A DNA stretch of 64,000 nucleotides from Octopus sinensis (taxonomy: Eukaryota), in NCBI RefSeq assembly GCF_006345805.1, contig NC_043015.1, positions 26,970,001 to 27,034,000 on the forward strand, read 5' to 3'. Positions 22,135 through 35,110 of this stretch are shown here, one piece after another. The position numbers and the translations under genes were made by a program. The notes beneath the pieces were generated by a model that saw nothing but the letters and a program-made list of their open reading frames with translations, did not search any database and was not told where the DNA came from. Numbering within the stretch: the stretch's first letter is position 1; every line of letters starts with the position of its first letter.

Positions 22135-24899
22135 TCCAAGAGTTTCGTGCGTATATATCATATATACACCCAGACATATCCACGCAATTTTTTTTTTCTT
22201 TTACTTTTTAGCAATGTAAGTCATTGGACTGCGACCATGCTGGGGCACCGCTATCAAAGTTTTTAGTCGAACAAATAGACTATAGTATTCATATTCTTTG
22301 CATTAAATCGGGTACCTATTCTCTCGGTTCTTCGAATTCATCCCCTAGCACATACACAAAAAGAAAGAAAACCTTGACATTGGCCTAAAAAAAGGAACTC
22401 TGGTTGCCATGCGGTTGGCGGGAGTAACAAACACAGATTGAAAGAGACACACACGTAAGCATATATATATTAATGAAATAAATGGTCGTTACTCAGACTT
22501 TTCCATTTTCACATTGCGGTTGATTTGCAGAATCCTTTGTGCTTCGGAGAAATATCGTGCAATATATTTTGAGACTCTTTATGTTTGGAGACCAAATCTC
22601 ACCGATGCTAGCATTGCCATTGATCCTTCCGACCTCGTTGAAGGGAAGTACAAGTTGAGGATTTAGTTGGACGCAATCGATGTGTTTGTGCTTAGGTCAA
22701 ATTTGGTGTTCATTAGCACACAGTTTCAAACTACTTTCCTGTAGAATGTAAATAAATGTAAATACCTGTTGTTATTCTCTTTGCAGACGAAACTGCAAAC
22801 GAGGCGATATTGCCCTGTTTCATGTCTGGTTGTCGACTCTTCAGCGAATAAATCTAACCGCCAATGAAATCCAGCAAACAACAAATCCTAGCTTACATCA
22901 CTAGACTGACTTGATTATTGTACATGCACCAGTCGTGTGATTAAATATTTAATCAATAGCTTATTCACAAAATATGTGCGTTCAAAAAAAACCTACAATT
23001 TTCAATACTTATGGTGTTACCACTAGATAGATGGTTTTATTCTTTAATCATTTATAGCTTGCCATTTCACCTCCATGGGTCACATACACAAAAAGAAAGA
23101 AAACCTTGACATGTTTTATAGCTATTTGCCTTGTTAATGTTTAGGTAGCCGTCACACTTCAAACCACGAACAAAGCCAGATATCAATCGCTATTTATATC
23201 ATAAAATATGTTCTCAAATAAAAATTTACTTGGTGATTTAAAAAGCGATTATTATCCAGTTCCCTCCGTGAGCTGAGGAGTGTGGTGTGTGGAGTGTCCC
23301 AAAATAACTACTATGAAATCTGTCGAGATAATCGTTTTATTTTCTTTCTACACACAGAATAATAAGAGAGTGAGCGAACTACAATTCATAGATTTAATAA
23401 CCATATCGGCGTTAAAGTTGAAATGTTTTTACATCGTTTCTACAGCATTTTTTTTTTTTTTATCTTACCAAGTGTAAGAAAGTCACAAAAACTCACAGCT
23501 GAATTTGCTGAACTGTTAAAACAGTTCCCATGCAGTTGTTGGACCTATAAGATAACAGCGATCAGTTTCATCTCTAATCACACTGTTCGAAACGTCGAAT
23601 GATGGAGTCAGCGGTATATAATGGCAGAGTAAAAGATTGCATTACTAGCAAAAATTATGCCACTTCATAATGTACTAGTAATTTTTTTTAATAGCGCATT
23701 CATTAATGTGCATTGATTTAGAGGGCCGATAGGTGGTGCCTAAGGGAGCTCTAAATTTATAGCTTGCCATTTCACCTCCATGGGTCACACATATCACCAA
23801 CTTTTGACTGGTTACTTCTTCTCCTCTTTCTATGAACAACAATTTTTGCTTCTAAATCTTCCTCATCACGTGCCAACTTTCACCATTTTGCAAATGCATA
23901 CCGACAATCATACTTCTCAGCTCTTCTCTTACGCAAACCCACACGTTGTTGTGTCGATACGCATACCCACTCACACCCACAAACACTGCCGCTGCCGTCA
24001 ACTAGTCATTTTTTTAACACTAACCTTCTTCACTAACCTTCTTCACTCGCTCTAACCTAAGATAAAAAAAATACCGACTGTTTCATTTCATTCACTAAAA
24101 GCACCCGGTGTTTAACTTTTCTTATTCTCTTTTCACTCTCTTGATAAAGTCCTCTGATCAAAACATTGATGGGTTTTTTTTCCTTAATAGAAAATATAAA
24201 TATGTTTGTATTATATGTCATAGTATTTTTTCTCAGTATCATAGCAAAATGAAAAGCAACGGTCTATCTACGACAAGATGTCTATGAGCAACATCGTGAC
24301 TTCGAGTTTTGATATAAAACAACATCAATAAGAATCATTAGCATCATCATCACCATTTCCTCCGTCTGATACAAATTGTCTTGGATGGAATGCTTTTGAT
24401 CACAGATCTCTTCAATCAGAGACAACAACAACAATATTAGGGTTTTCACTCAGAAATCATAAATTGGGGTCCAGACAACTTCTCACAATAAATTGATTTT
24501 ACAAAAAATATTTCGTGAAGATTCAGTTTCTTTCGCCTATTTAGAATTTCAGGTGAATTATATTTACTTTTACCTCACTCTCTATAACTACAGGTCTATT
24601 TATATATATCAGTCTATCTATCTATCAATATATGGGTGGGGTGTATATGTGTGAGAGATGGGGTTATCTGTCTCTCTCACAAATACCCACGCTTTGTTTA
24701 TGTCTCCGGTGTTGTTTTGTTTATGTTTCCGTAACTTGACGAAAAAGACCGATAGAATAAGTACTACACTTTTAAAAAGTGCTAACCGCAATTTCTTCGA
24801 GTAAATCCTTCAAGGTGGTGCCCCAGCAGGGGCTCACTTTTATAGCTGAAACAAGTTAAAGAGATATAAAAGATTTATACATATACATATATCCTTACA

Positions 24900-25490
24900 T
24901 ACAGGATTGGTTGTGTAGTAAGATGCTACACAAGATGGCGAGCTGGCAGAATCGATAGCACGCCGGGCGAAATGCTTTGCGGTATTTCGCCCGCCGCTGC
25001 GTTCTGAGTTCAAATTCCGCCGACGTCGACTTCACCTTTCATCCTTTCGGGGTCGATAAATTAAGTACCAGTTACGCACTGGGGTCGATGTAATCGACTT
25101 AATCCGTTTGTCTGTCCTTGCTTGTTCCCTCTGTGTTTATCCCCTTGTGGGTAGTAAAGAAATAGGTATTTCGTTTGTCTCTACGTTCTGGGTTCAAATT
25201 CCGCCGAGGTCGACTTTGCCTTTCATCCTTTCGGGGTCGATAAATTAAGTACCAGTTACGCACTTGGGTCAATGTAATCGACTTAATTCCTGTGTCTGTC
25301 CTTGTTTGTCCCCTCTATGTTTAGCCCCTTGTGGGCAATAAAGAAATAAGATGCTTGCTTCCCAACCACATGGTTTTGGGTTCTGTCATACTGCGAAGCT
25401 CCTTCGGCAAGTGTTTTCTACTATAGCCACGGGCCGACCAAAGCCTTGTGAATGGGTTTGGTAGACGGAAACTGAAAGAGGCGCGTCATG

Positions 25491-25529
<39 letters not shown>

Positions 25530-25720
25530 GTGTCTGTGTTCCGCTACCATCACTTGACAACCGTTGTTGGTGTGTTTTACGCCCTAATAACCTAGCGGTT
25601 CGGCAAAGGCGACTGGTAGAATAAGTACTAGGCTTACAAGGACTAAATACTGAGGTCCATTTGTTCAAATGAAGACAGTGCTCCAGCATGGCCGCAATCA
25701 AATGACTGAAACAAAAGAGT
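24900..25720 (+). mobile_element. S2 SINE interrupted by an S1 dimer
   Basis: S2 head at about 24900-24927, S1 dimer at about 24935-25346, S2 resumes at 25347; TAAGATGCT occurs at 24919-24927 and 25347-25355. Confidence 0.85.
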
Positions 25721-26654
25721 CAAAGAATATACATACATACATACATACATACATACATACATACTTATTCGCACGCGCGCAAACTCTCACACTCACATTC
25801 ATGTGTGTGCGTGTGTGTTTGTCTGTGTGTGTGACTGTGTGAATCGTATGACAAACTGCTAAGTGCTCTCTCGTGTATACAATATTTTTAGAGAACATTC
25901 TACAATACAAACTAAATATATCTATTTATCTATCTATCCCTATGCACACACACACACACACACGCACACACACACACACGCACACACACACATATATATA
26001 TATCATGCCAATACATTCTTTTCACATTTCTCGCTCTCTCTCAGTCTGTTTCTTTCTTTTTCTCTTTCTCATTCTCTCTTACTTTCTCTCGTTGTCTGAG
26101 ACTTCATGGAAACATTTCATTTATTCGACCCATTCCTCTCCCCATCCCCCATTCTTCTCCTTTCTCTCTTCTTACTTCTTACGGTCTCTCCTTGACTTCA
26201 TATAAACATATATAAGCCATAAGTCCTTTCTCGTTCTTTATTGAAATAATTGTCGTCTGCTTGGAAGACGAACGACTAATGTAATGTCTTTATCGGCCAA
26301 TATTGATCTGTGTGATACTATGTGATATTGTGTGATAATGCTGTGCATTTTGATAAACTTAATTCGATTTTGCAAAGGGTATTATTATCACAGAATTATT
26401 ATTGTCAGAAGCAATCTAATCTATTTATTTATAACCTTGTATTTTCTCCGTTCCATTTTAGAGAAATACCTGAGAGACTGAAAATACTTAACTCCGCTCT
26501 ACACCATTTTCAGTCGTCGATTATTCTTCAACTTGTTTTGTTGTTCTTTTTATTGTAGCTCTGCTTGTCTTTTCCTTTTTCCTCTTTTTCTTAATCTTCT
26601 TTGTATTATAATCATTGTTATACTTGTTGCCAATATTGCTGTTGATATCGTCAT

Positions 26655-26728
<74 letters not shown>

Positions 26729-27104
26729 TTATTATAATAATTATTATTAAGAAGGTGTTAAAATCATTAGAGTTTCGGGAAATGTGACTTGCAGTATTTC
26801 TTCCGACTCTTTATGTTCTAAGTTCAAATGCCATCATGGTTGGCTTTGTTTTTCATCCTTTTGTGAGTTAATGAAGCGAAATACCAAACAAATTCAGCGG
26901 TCGGTGCAAACGACTGTCCCCTGTTCCTCAAATTTCATGGATGAGTGGCAAAGTTGAACACAGAATATATTGTCTACGAAGAAATATAGCTAGGCAATTT
27001 GTTCGACAACTTAACGGTTCTACAAGCAGCAGTAGTAGTAGTAGTAATAGTAGTAGTAGTAGTAGTAGTAGTAGTATAGTAGTAGTAGTAGTAGTAGTAG
27101 TAGT

Positions 27105-27990
27105 TGGAGTGGAGATTTCCGAAAAGTGACAGAAACTAGCAGAATTCAAGGAGGAAAGAAAGAACATCAGGACACAAAAATATTAAAAAATGGAACTACA
27201 TAACCAATTCAAGCAACAGACTTGGAGTGTTAGAAGAAAAGACTGCTGGATCTGGTTTATGGATGGGAACATGAAACGAGAGACAGAAACACTAATTATA
27301 ACCGCTCAAGAAAAGCAATTCTAACAAGCTGATAAAAGCAAAGATCGACAGAACTCAGTCAGACTGCAAATGTAAAATCTGGAGAAAAGGAAATAAATGT
27401 ATCAATCACCTTTTGAGCGAGTGCAGTATACTATCATAAGAGGAGTATAAATACAGACATGACTGCGTAGGCAAAAGGGTGCATTGGAATGTAAGTCGAT
27501 TGTGTGGATTCTGAACAATAGAAAACTGGTATCAACATGAACCAGAGGTTGTGAGCAAAAAATAAGAATTACAAGATTTTGAAGGATTTCCCCATAAAGA
27601 CTGACCATGCTATTAAAGCAAAAGAAGAAACAGAAACAGATCATAGAGGAGAAATGAAACAGTGTAAGATCATTGATTTTGCAATTTCTTATGATAGCTG
27701 AGTCAATACCAAAGAATTTCAAGTAATTTAGAAATATCAGGATCTTCCCAGAGAGCTGAAGAGACTGGAAGATCAAGACAAGGTATATTCTTTGAAGTAA
27801 TTAGTTCTCTCGGCACAACACCTAAAATGCCATCTAAAAGACCGAAAGGAATTGGAATTGAAACTCACATTGTTGACCTACAGGAAAGTATCATCCGTTA
27901 CTGTAAAAGAAACCTAAGAAATATTCTTGTAATTTGAGGAGAGTTGTTGTCACCGCTCCTCAAAATAAGATATTTGTTAATCAAATTAGC
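27105..27990 (+). mobile_element. Degenerate RLE-type LINE 3' part
   Basis: Remnants of MKRETETLIITAQE, YRHDCVGKRVHW, ILKDFPIKTDH and KYQDL. Confidence 0.7.
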
Positions 27991-28929
27991 AGGCACCTGT
28001 GTAATATCAATCTGTTCTGTTTTATTTAAAGTCATTTCCGGACCAAACTTACATCGGTTCATTACTCAAAGATTTCGAACTGAACAGATGCCAAACATTA
28101 AATTACTTATTTATTTATTTATCCTCTCCATCACCATCAACATCATCCTCACTATTATCACCATCATCATCCATATAATCATCACCAACTCCATCATCAT
28201 CCTCACAACCGCCACTAACACCACTGCCACCACTGTAAGAACTGTCATCATCATCGTCATCATTATCATCATTATCCTCATCAACTACAACAACAACAAC
28301 ATTGTCACTATCTCAACCGACACCTTCATCAGCAGCATCATTGACAGTACCAACATGGTGATGATTATTTTCAGCAGCAGCAACTATAGCAACAGCAATG
28401 TCACCATCACCATCACCACCATCATCACCATCAGCAGCAGCTTCATGATCAGCAACAATAACAACAGCATCTTGTTTTTGTTTTTTCTTTTTGCTTTTCT
28501 CTAATAATTGGATTTATGATTATCTAATTATCCAACGTGCAACTACTAATCAGTCCACTAATCAATTTTAAATTTGAGAATGTTCCAACGATTATTTATT
28601 TATGTTTTTATTTATTAATTATGTTTTCTGTTTTCACTCTTTTCGTTTGTTTTCTTTCATTTTCTCTTTTAAAATATTTCTTTGCTTTGTTTCTTTTTTT
28701 CTGCGTTTTGTTGGGTTTTTTTTCTTTTTCTTAAAAGGTAGGTCAGCTAATTTAGTTCATAGACAGATTTTAACAGTTCGGTACTAGTAATACCAATACT
28801 AATACTATTACTACTACAGCAACAACAACAACAACTACCACTACTACCACCACTACTACTCTATTACCACTGCTGCTACTACTACTAATAATAACAATAA
28901 TGATAATAATAATAATTATTATTATTATT

Positions 28930-29140
28930 TCAAATTTTTGCCACAAGGGCAGCTTCGGGGCGGGGGTGAGTCGATAACATCGACCCAGTGTTCAACTGGT
29001 ACTTATTTTATCGATTCCCGAAAGGATGAAAGGCAAAGTCGACCACGGTGGAATTTGAACTCAGAACGTAAAGGTGGATGAAATACTGCTAAGTACCTTG
29101 TCCGACATGGTAACGATTCTGCCAGCTCAACGCCTTCAAT
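28930..29140 (-). mobile_element. SINE S1
   Basis: Head, B box and core match the other S1 copies. Confidence 0.85.
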
Positions 29141-30329
29141 AATAATGATAATGAGAAGAAGAAGAAGAAGAAGAAGAAGAAGAAGAAGAAGAAGGAGGAG
29201 GAGGAGGAGGAGGAGAAGGAGGAGGAGGAGAAGGAGGAGGAGGAGGAATACCTTAATAGAAGATGTAAACTAGTAGAAAGTAACAACATTGGAAATAGAA
29301 AATAGTTTGAAGCCAGCAAAAGCAATGTGATTAGTTTAATAAGAAAACATAAAAGAAAATATAAAGAAGTCTACTTTTCTTTCTGTAAAGAAGCAGTAAA
29401 GTACAAACTAGAAAATAAGTACAGGGAAGAAAAAGATTTTAATGAGGACAAAACAACAACAAAGAAATAATAAAAGAAAAAAATCAAAAATGGAATTCTA
29501 AAATATATTAAAGAAGATAAATGAAAAGAGAAACTAGTTTATGACTAAAACGTTGCAAGATCTGAGAGAAAATGAAAGCCGTCACTGATTGGTTGAAAGA
29601 CTCCGAAGTAAAAGGAAAGACGAAAGGTCTGAGTTTAGTTGCACAGAAGGAATATCTTGAATGTCTAGTCAGAAATAACAACAAAGCTAAAAATAACATA
29701 AAACTAGTTCAAATTAAGTGCATACAGTTCGATTAGTATAAATGAGATAATTCGTGACATTATTTATCGCTTTTCTTAGCCAGTAGAAAATCGAAGTATA
29801 ATACAATGTTACAGGGTTTGTCTATAGTGGACTATGGAGATATTTCTATGTGGAAATAGATCATCAAGAATCCTAAGGAGCATGTTCGTCCCGATTGAGG
29901 ACAAGACTAAGCTAAATTCAATTATATCGATCCCAGTACTACACTTATATACTTTTTATCGATCCTGATGTGTAGAAAAGCAAAGTTGACCAAGGAAGGA
30001 TCTGAACTCAGAACGTAAAGACCTGGAAGAAATACAGCAAAGCATTTTTCCTACGCTCTAACAATTTCGCCAGCTCACTGCCTGAAAATTATCAATAATG
30101 GTAGAAGCAGATGGCAGTATAAAGGCGGTAAATTGGCGGAATCGTTAGAGTGTTGGATAGAATGTAAGATAGATTTCCTTGTAATCTATCTCTGCTCTTG
30201 GAGTTCAAATCACTCAGGGGTCAACCTTCCCTTTTATCCTTTCGTGAGCTATTAAGGATTACCAATCCATCATCCATGGATGAGAGGAACGGAATGGGAA
30301 TCAGGTGAGATAGTCTTGTGATTTCTATT

Positions 30330-32615
30330 CCAGTTATTTGTTTTAGGCCATCAACACCTCTGATCTCATTGATGCTAAGCTGCATTGCTCCTATCAATAG
30401 TTTTTCATTTGGGTTAATGATCAGTGTGGCATGCCCAGACTTGCAGATATGGACAACCGCCTCTGTTCCTCAAAAACCATTACCTCTTCACACACACCCT
30501 TAACACAGAGATTGTTTCTCTCTTCACAAGAAAGTGGCTAAAGATTGGCAATGTCAATACATCTTTGATCCTTCTGTTAGCATATTTCTTTTGGAATACA
30601 ACGCTTTTGTTTCAGTTACGTTTAAACACAATGAAGAATTTAGTACAGCTCTACCGGGCATTCTATTTCAATCTCGCTCAACCACTGGTCTATATCTTGG
30701 CTAACTGTTCCCAACGCAACAATTGTTATAGGGATGACCTTTACTGTTCTCATGCTCCAAATTCATCCTTTTTCAAGGACTGTATTTTCTTTTTCTTCCT
30801 CTTTCTTTACGATCCTCGAATAAAACGGGCATAAGCTTCCACGTTAGTGGTAGGCATGTTATAAGTCGAAAATGTGATGTCAAGTTCCCTTTCAAAGGTT
30901 CCTTGAGGTATAGCAGCGTTCGTCCACTTGTCATCCAGGCAGACACGTGTCCTTGCTGCAGGCAGTTATCCAGTTGCGCAGCGATCTTTTCATGCAACTG
31001 TATAAAGTTGTTCAGTCAATAACCTTGCACTCCATCTGGGCCAGGTCCTTTCCAATTTGTTATTCTTTTTAACTTCTGTCTCACTGTATATAGATTAATT
31101 CTAGCGTCCTTTTGTCATGCTACAGTTGCAAGTTGCCTTTCGCGCTTTCTTTAGGTCTCGCCGGCCAGTTCCACAGCCTTCTCCTAAATTCTTTACTTTC
31201 TTCCGCATCTGGAATCAGTTTCTGGCGTTGGCCTCTCTCTGTTTCCTCAAATAGACACCTTCTATTTGATTAGAACAGTTTATTCTGTTCGAAACCTTTG
31301 CATTTAGCATTGTCTTTTCAGTTTGGTCTTTAATGGTGTCAACTTTTGCGTCAGTTCTTCATGTACTGTTTGTTTTTCCCCTTTCTTCTAACCTGTACTG
31401 TCCATTCAATTTTCTGATTAATACCTTATTCTTGAGCTCTCCTCTCATTATCCTATTCAATTGCCCCAATTTTTCCAGCTTCATTCCTATTCTCTTCCTC
31501 CAGTTTGCTTCTTTCTTTTCATTTACCTTTATAGTTTCAGTTTTTCGTTGTAGCCTTCTGTGTTAGCTACGACATTAGCAATAGCTGGTTTGTTTCACTA
31601 ATGTTCTGTTTTAAGTATGCTTAAAACATTATTTACTTTGTCTGTGGCTTTCTTCACTTGTTTTCCGTCCATATATCTTACGCTTGGTGGTACTTCCTTG
31701 TTTCCATCAGACATTTTTCCTCGCAACATTTCTAAAATCTCCTTGTCTTCATCATTCAAGTCTTGTGCGGTACTTACTGTCACTTGTCCATCTAGAACAT
31801 CTTCCTTAGTTACTTTATCAATATTTTCTGGTACTCTACGGTTTCCATCTGTTTCGTGTATTCATCTCTTACCCCTTCATTACCGTTTTCTGTTTCTACT
31901 GTTTCACTCTCCTTCTGCTCTTTTTATTATGTTTCTCTGAATTCCTTCAATCTCTACTCCCCTCATACAATCGTACCGAGCGATTGCTCTAGCTTGGTCT
32001 ATCAGTCGCTGGGCAGATGCTTCAAAACCTCCTTTTTCATCCTGTATTCTCCTCATTGGATTCACGAACCCTCTTTCATTTGGCTCACTTCTCAGCCATT
32101 ACTATTTTTTTACATACTTTTCCCATTTCATTATTTTTCTTTTCCACTTTTCACTGTGATTTTGGTCCTGATCAACAGCTTGATGACGACCTGCCGGAGC
32201 TTGATCAGATACTCCCTACCTGCCGTGCATGACACCTTCCGTTATCAGTTCCAGTCCCGTTAGCGCAGTTGTGGTCATTTTTTAATGTCGACATCACTCA
32301 TTTAGAGGTAGCATTTGTAAGGTTGTGTGATCACCAGTATTTATATCGTGCCACTACCACTGGGCGGGTTGCTACGCAAGGCTCTGAGTGTAGTGCCAGT
32401 CTCGTTCAATCCATCGTTTTATGTCTTTGTATTAGACATATTTCACTCCTGAGAATTTTGGTGTTGAGTTGGCATAACCATCGGTGCTTTTACTGAGTCA
32501 CCTTCTCTAGAGGGGTCGTGGATAAAGGCTGAAGGGACCTCTCTTCTCATGAGAGAGGCTTAACCCCGTCAGAGGCCAACCTGGTATTTCTTGGGCCCGG
32601 CGTGGACTTACAGAG
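30330..32615 (-). mobile_element. Degenerate R4/Dong-like LINE retaining its 5' end
   Basis: QRLIDQARAI (N-terminal) and WMTSGRTLL..K..LTSHFRLITCLPLTWKL (RT domain 1); structured 5'UTR at about 32490-32610. Confidence 0.75.
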
Positions 32616-32669
32616 ACTACATTTTACCCAACTGTGACCTGAAGGTAATCGTGGTTAAGGGCAATCTTG

Positions 32670-33000
32670 TTCATCCCACGTCGTGACATCACGATCAGAT
32701 ATAGTTTCATGTCATACCCAGGGCGTGTTATCATTAGTATTATTATCATTTGCTTGTGTTGTTGGTAGTGGTAGTAGTACTTTTGTAAGCTACTGTTCCC
32801 TTTGACTATTTCCTGTAGTCGCAGTGGTTTTGTTGCAATCGTTGCTCTTCTGTCTCTGATCATTTTCATTGCTTTTGTGTTTATTTTCGTTCTTGTAGCT
32901 GACTGTGTTGGTGGGATGGGCTTTACTGTTATTTATTCGGGGCCATCCAATATGGAGTGCCAATGTCCATCCTCTTCGACATGCTATCCTTACATATTTG
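32670..33000 (-). pseudogene. Decayed STE20-family protein kinase fragment (subdomains VIII-IX)
   Basis: QICKDSMSKRMDIGTPYWMAP, then, after a 195-bp insert flanked by ATAACA, ITRPGYDMK and a frameshifted (A)(D)IxS. Confidence 0.55.
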
Positions 33001-33327
33001 GGGGAGATATTCTGTGGGGTGGGGATGGGGACTGCAGAGTGGGTTGCAGGTTTGGTCTGCTATGTTAGGAGCGAAGACGGTTAGACTGCACTGGGGTATT
33101 ATTCTCATGGTCATTTAGAGTGCTTGGTTCGTTTTCCAAATAGATATCCGGTTGATCAAGAGGATGCTACTGGTGGCGAAAAGGGGGGTGGGTGGGTAAG
33201 GTTCTAGCATACAGATGTGGGAGGACGGGGAAACACTTCTGTCCAGAAATTGATTAAAATCAAGGATAGAAAAATTAAATTCAAATCTAAATTTGTGACA
33301 CAGTATAAAAGTTGCGAAGATATAAAT

Positions 33328-33412
33328 GTAGGTATGGTCTTATTTACAAGGAATCATAGCTTACGATTCCTTCACTTGAGATATTTCTGGGTGTAAATAA
33401 GACCATACCTAC
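33328..33412. repeat. 85-bp element with perfect 21-bp terminal inverted repeats
   Basis: GTAGGTATGGTCTTATTTACA ... TGTAAATAAGACCATACCTAC, with an inner AAGGAATC/GATTCCTT hairpin. Confidence 0.9.
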
Positions 33413-33481
33413 TTTTTGAGTAGCAACTGAACCATGTCTTGTTTTCTTTTTTCTTTGCAGAAAGGGAGTAAGAGAGAGAGC

Positions 33482-33513
<32 letters not shown>

Positions 33514-33631
33514 TGAACTGTGATTATTCCTCGTGGGGTAAAATTCCTATAGAGAAATTAATAAAACTCAAGGACAGGAAAATTAAATTAAAAATCTAAA
33601 TTTAAAACCCAGCATATTATTATTATTATTA

Positions 33632-34379
33632 CTTTTTTTTCTTTCAAATTTGCTTCCATTTCTTGCCGAGTCTCTTCACGACTCCTAGGGCAAAGAAACT
33701 CATAGTATACATTGGTAGGCCATTAAACCAAACTCAATAGTTCGTTCATTTAAAAAATTTTTTTTTTTTTAGTTAAATTAAAATACATGAGCAGCAACAG
33801 TTCTCACATCGACAATGCTCTTCTCAATACGTGTGATGTACCAGTTAAGACAATCTTTTGCACTTCTTGCAGGGATGGTAAGCCAGGGATCATTCTCATA
33901 TAATTTTCGGTTCCCTTCTTGATCATTCCTAGTGCTCCTACGATCACTGGTATTGTAACCGCCTTGAGATGCCACATTTTCTCAATTTCAATGAGTAGGT
34001 CTTTATATTTTCTGAGCTTGTCAAACTCTTTCGCTGAGATATTATGATCACAGGGGATGCTCATGTCGATCAATAAGCAAACTTTATTGTTTTTGTCTTT
34101 CACAACAATATCTGGTTTATTGGCCTTGATGGTTCGGTCTGTATGTACTGGAAAGTCCCACAGAATGGTTACATTTTCTCCTTCAGTTACAGCCTCAGGG
34201 TGGTGATTATACCACTTGTCGGCAGTTTTGATATTGTAATGCCGACTTATTAGCCAGTGTAGATATTGGCCAACTCTGTCATGTCTTAATTTATACTCCA
34301 CTGGTGCTAAGACTTTACATCCAGAGATTAGGTGGTCCACTGTTTCAATCATGTCGTTGCAGAATCGGCATTTTGGGTC

Positions 34380-34381
<2 letters not shown>
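33632..34381 (-). mobile_element. R4/Dong-like LINE family B, 5'-truncated, RLE domain open
   Basis: ORF 33804-34352 reads CRFC..HLISGC, RHDRVG, KPDIVVKDK and KYKDL; flanked by (ATT)n. Confidence 0.92.
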
Positions 34382-34450
<69 letters not shown>

Positions 34451-34470
34451 CATTATTATCATTATTATTA

Positions 34471-34683
34471 AAGCGGCGAGCTGGCAGAATTGTTTGCGCG
34501 CTGGATGAAAATGCTCAGCGGTATTTCGCTCGTCACTGCGTTCTGAGTTCAAATTCCGTCGAGGTCGACTTTACCTTTCATCCTTTCGGTGTCGATAAAA
34601 TAAGTACCAGTGAAACACTGGGGTCGATGTAATCGACTCATCCCCTCCCCCAAAACTACTGTCCTTGTGGAAAAATTTGGGCC

Positions 34684-34740
<57 letters not shown>

Positions 34741-35110
34741 AGCGGTGAGCTGGCAGAATCCTTAGCACGCCGGGCGAAATGCTTAGCTTTATTTCGTCTT
34801 CCGCTACGTTCTGAGTTCAAATTCCGCCGAGGTCGACTTTGGCTTTCATCCTTCGGAGTCGATGAAATAAGTACCAGTTGTGTACTGAGGTTGATCTAAT
34901 TGATGCCCCCTCCTCCAAAATTTAAGACCTTGTGCCTAGAGTAGAAATGAAAGGATTATTATTATTAAAGCGGCGCGTTGGTAGCATGTTTAGTGGCATT
35001 TCGTCCGTTTTTACGTTCCGAGTTCAAATTTCACCGAGGTCAATAAAACGAGCAGTTGGGAAGTACTTCGATTGATGCCATCGACTTATCCCTGCCCCTA
35101 AAAGAACTGA
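34471..35110 (+). mobile_element. Three tandem S1 SINEs separated by (ATT)n
   Basis: Heads at about 34472, 34741 and 34969. Confidence 0.85.

Noticed and set aside
22811-22846. Minus-strand CTGAAGA-GTC..GAC-AT-GAAAC
   Set aside because: Extra nucleotides precede GAAA, there is no NUH triplet in register, and no stem I.
29240-29900. A-rich stretch resembling another RLE LINE
   Set aside because: Too decayed to give diagnostic motifs.
33425-33465. Polypyrimidine tract plus TGCAG (splice-acceptor-like; similar at 22770-22786)
   Set aside because: It is followed by (GA)n or a short closed frame, with no donor or coding support.
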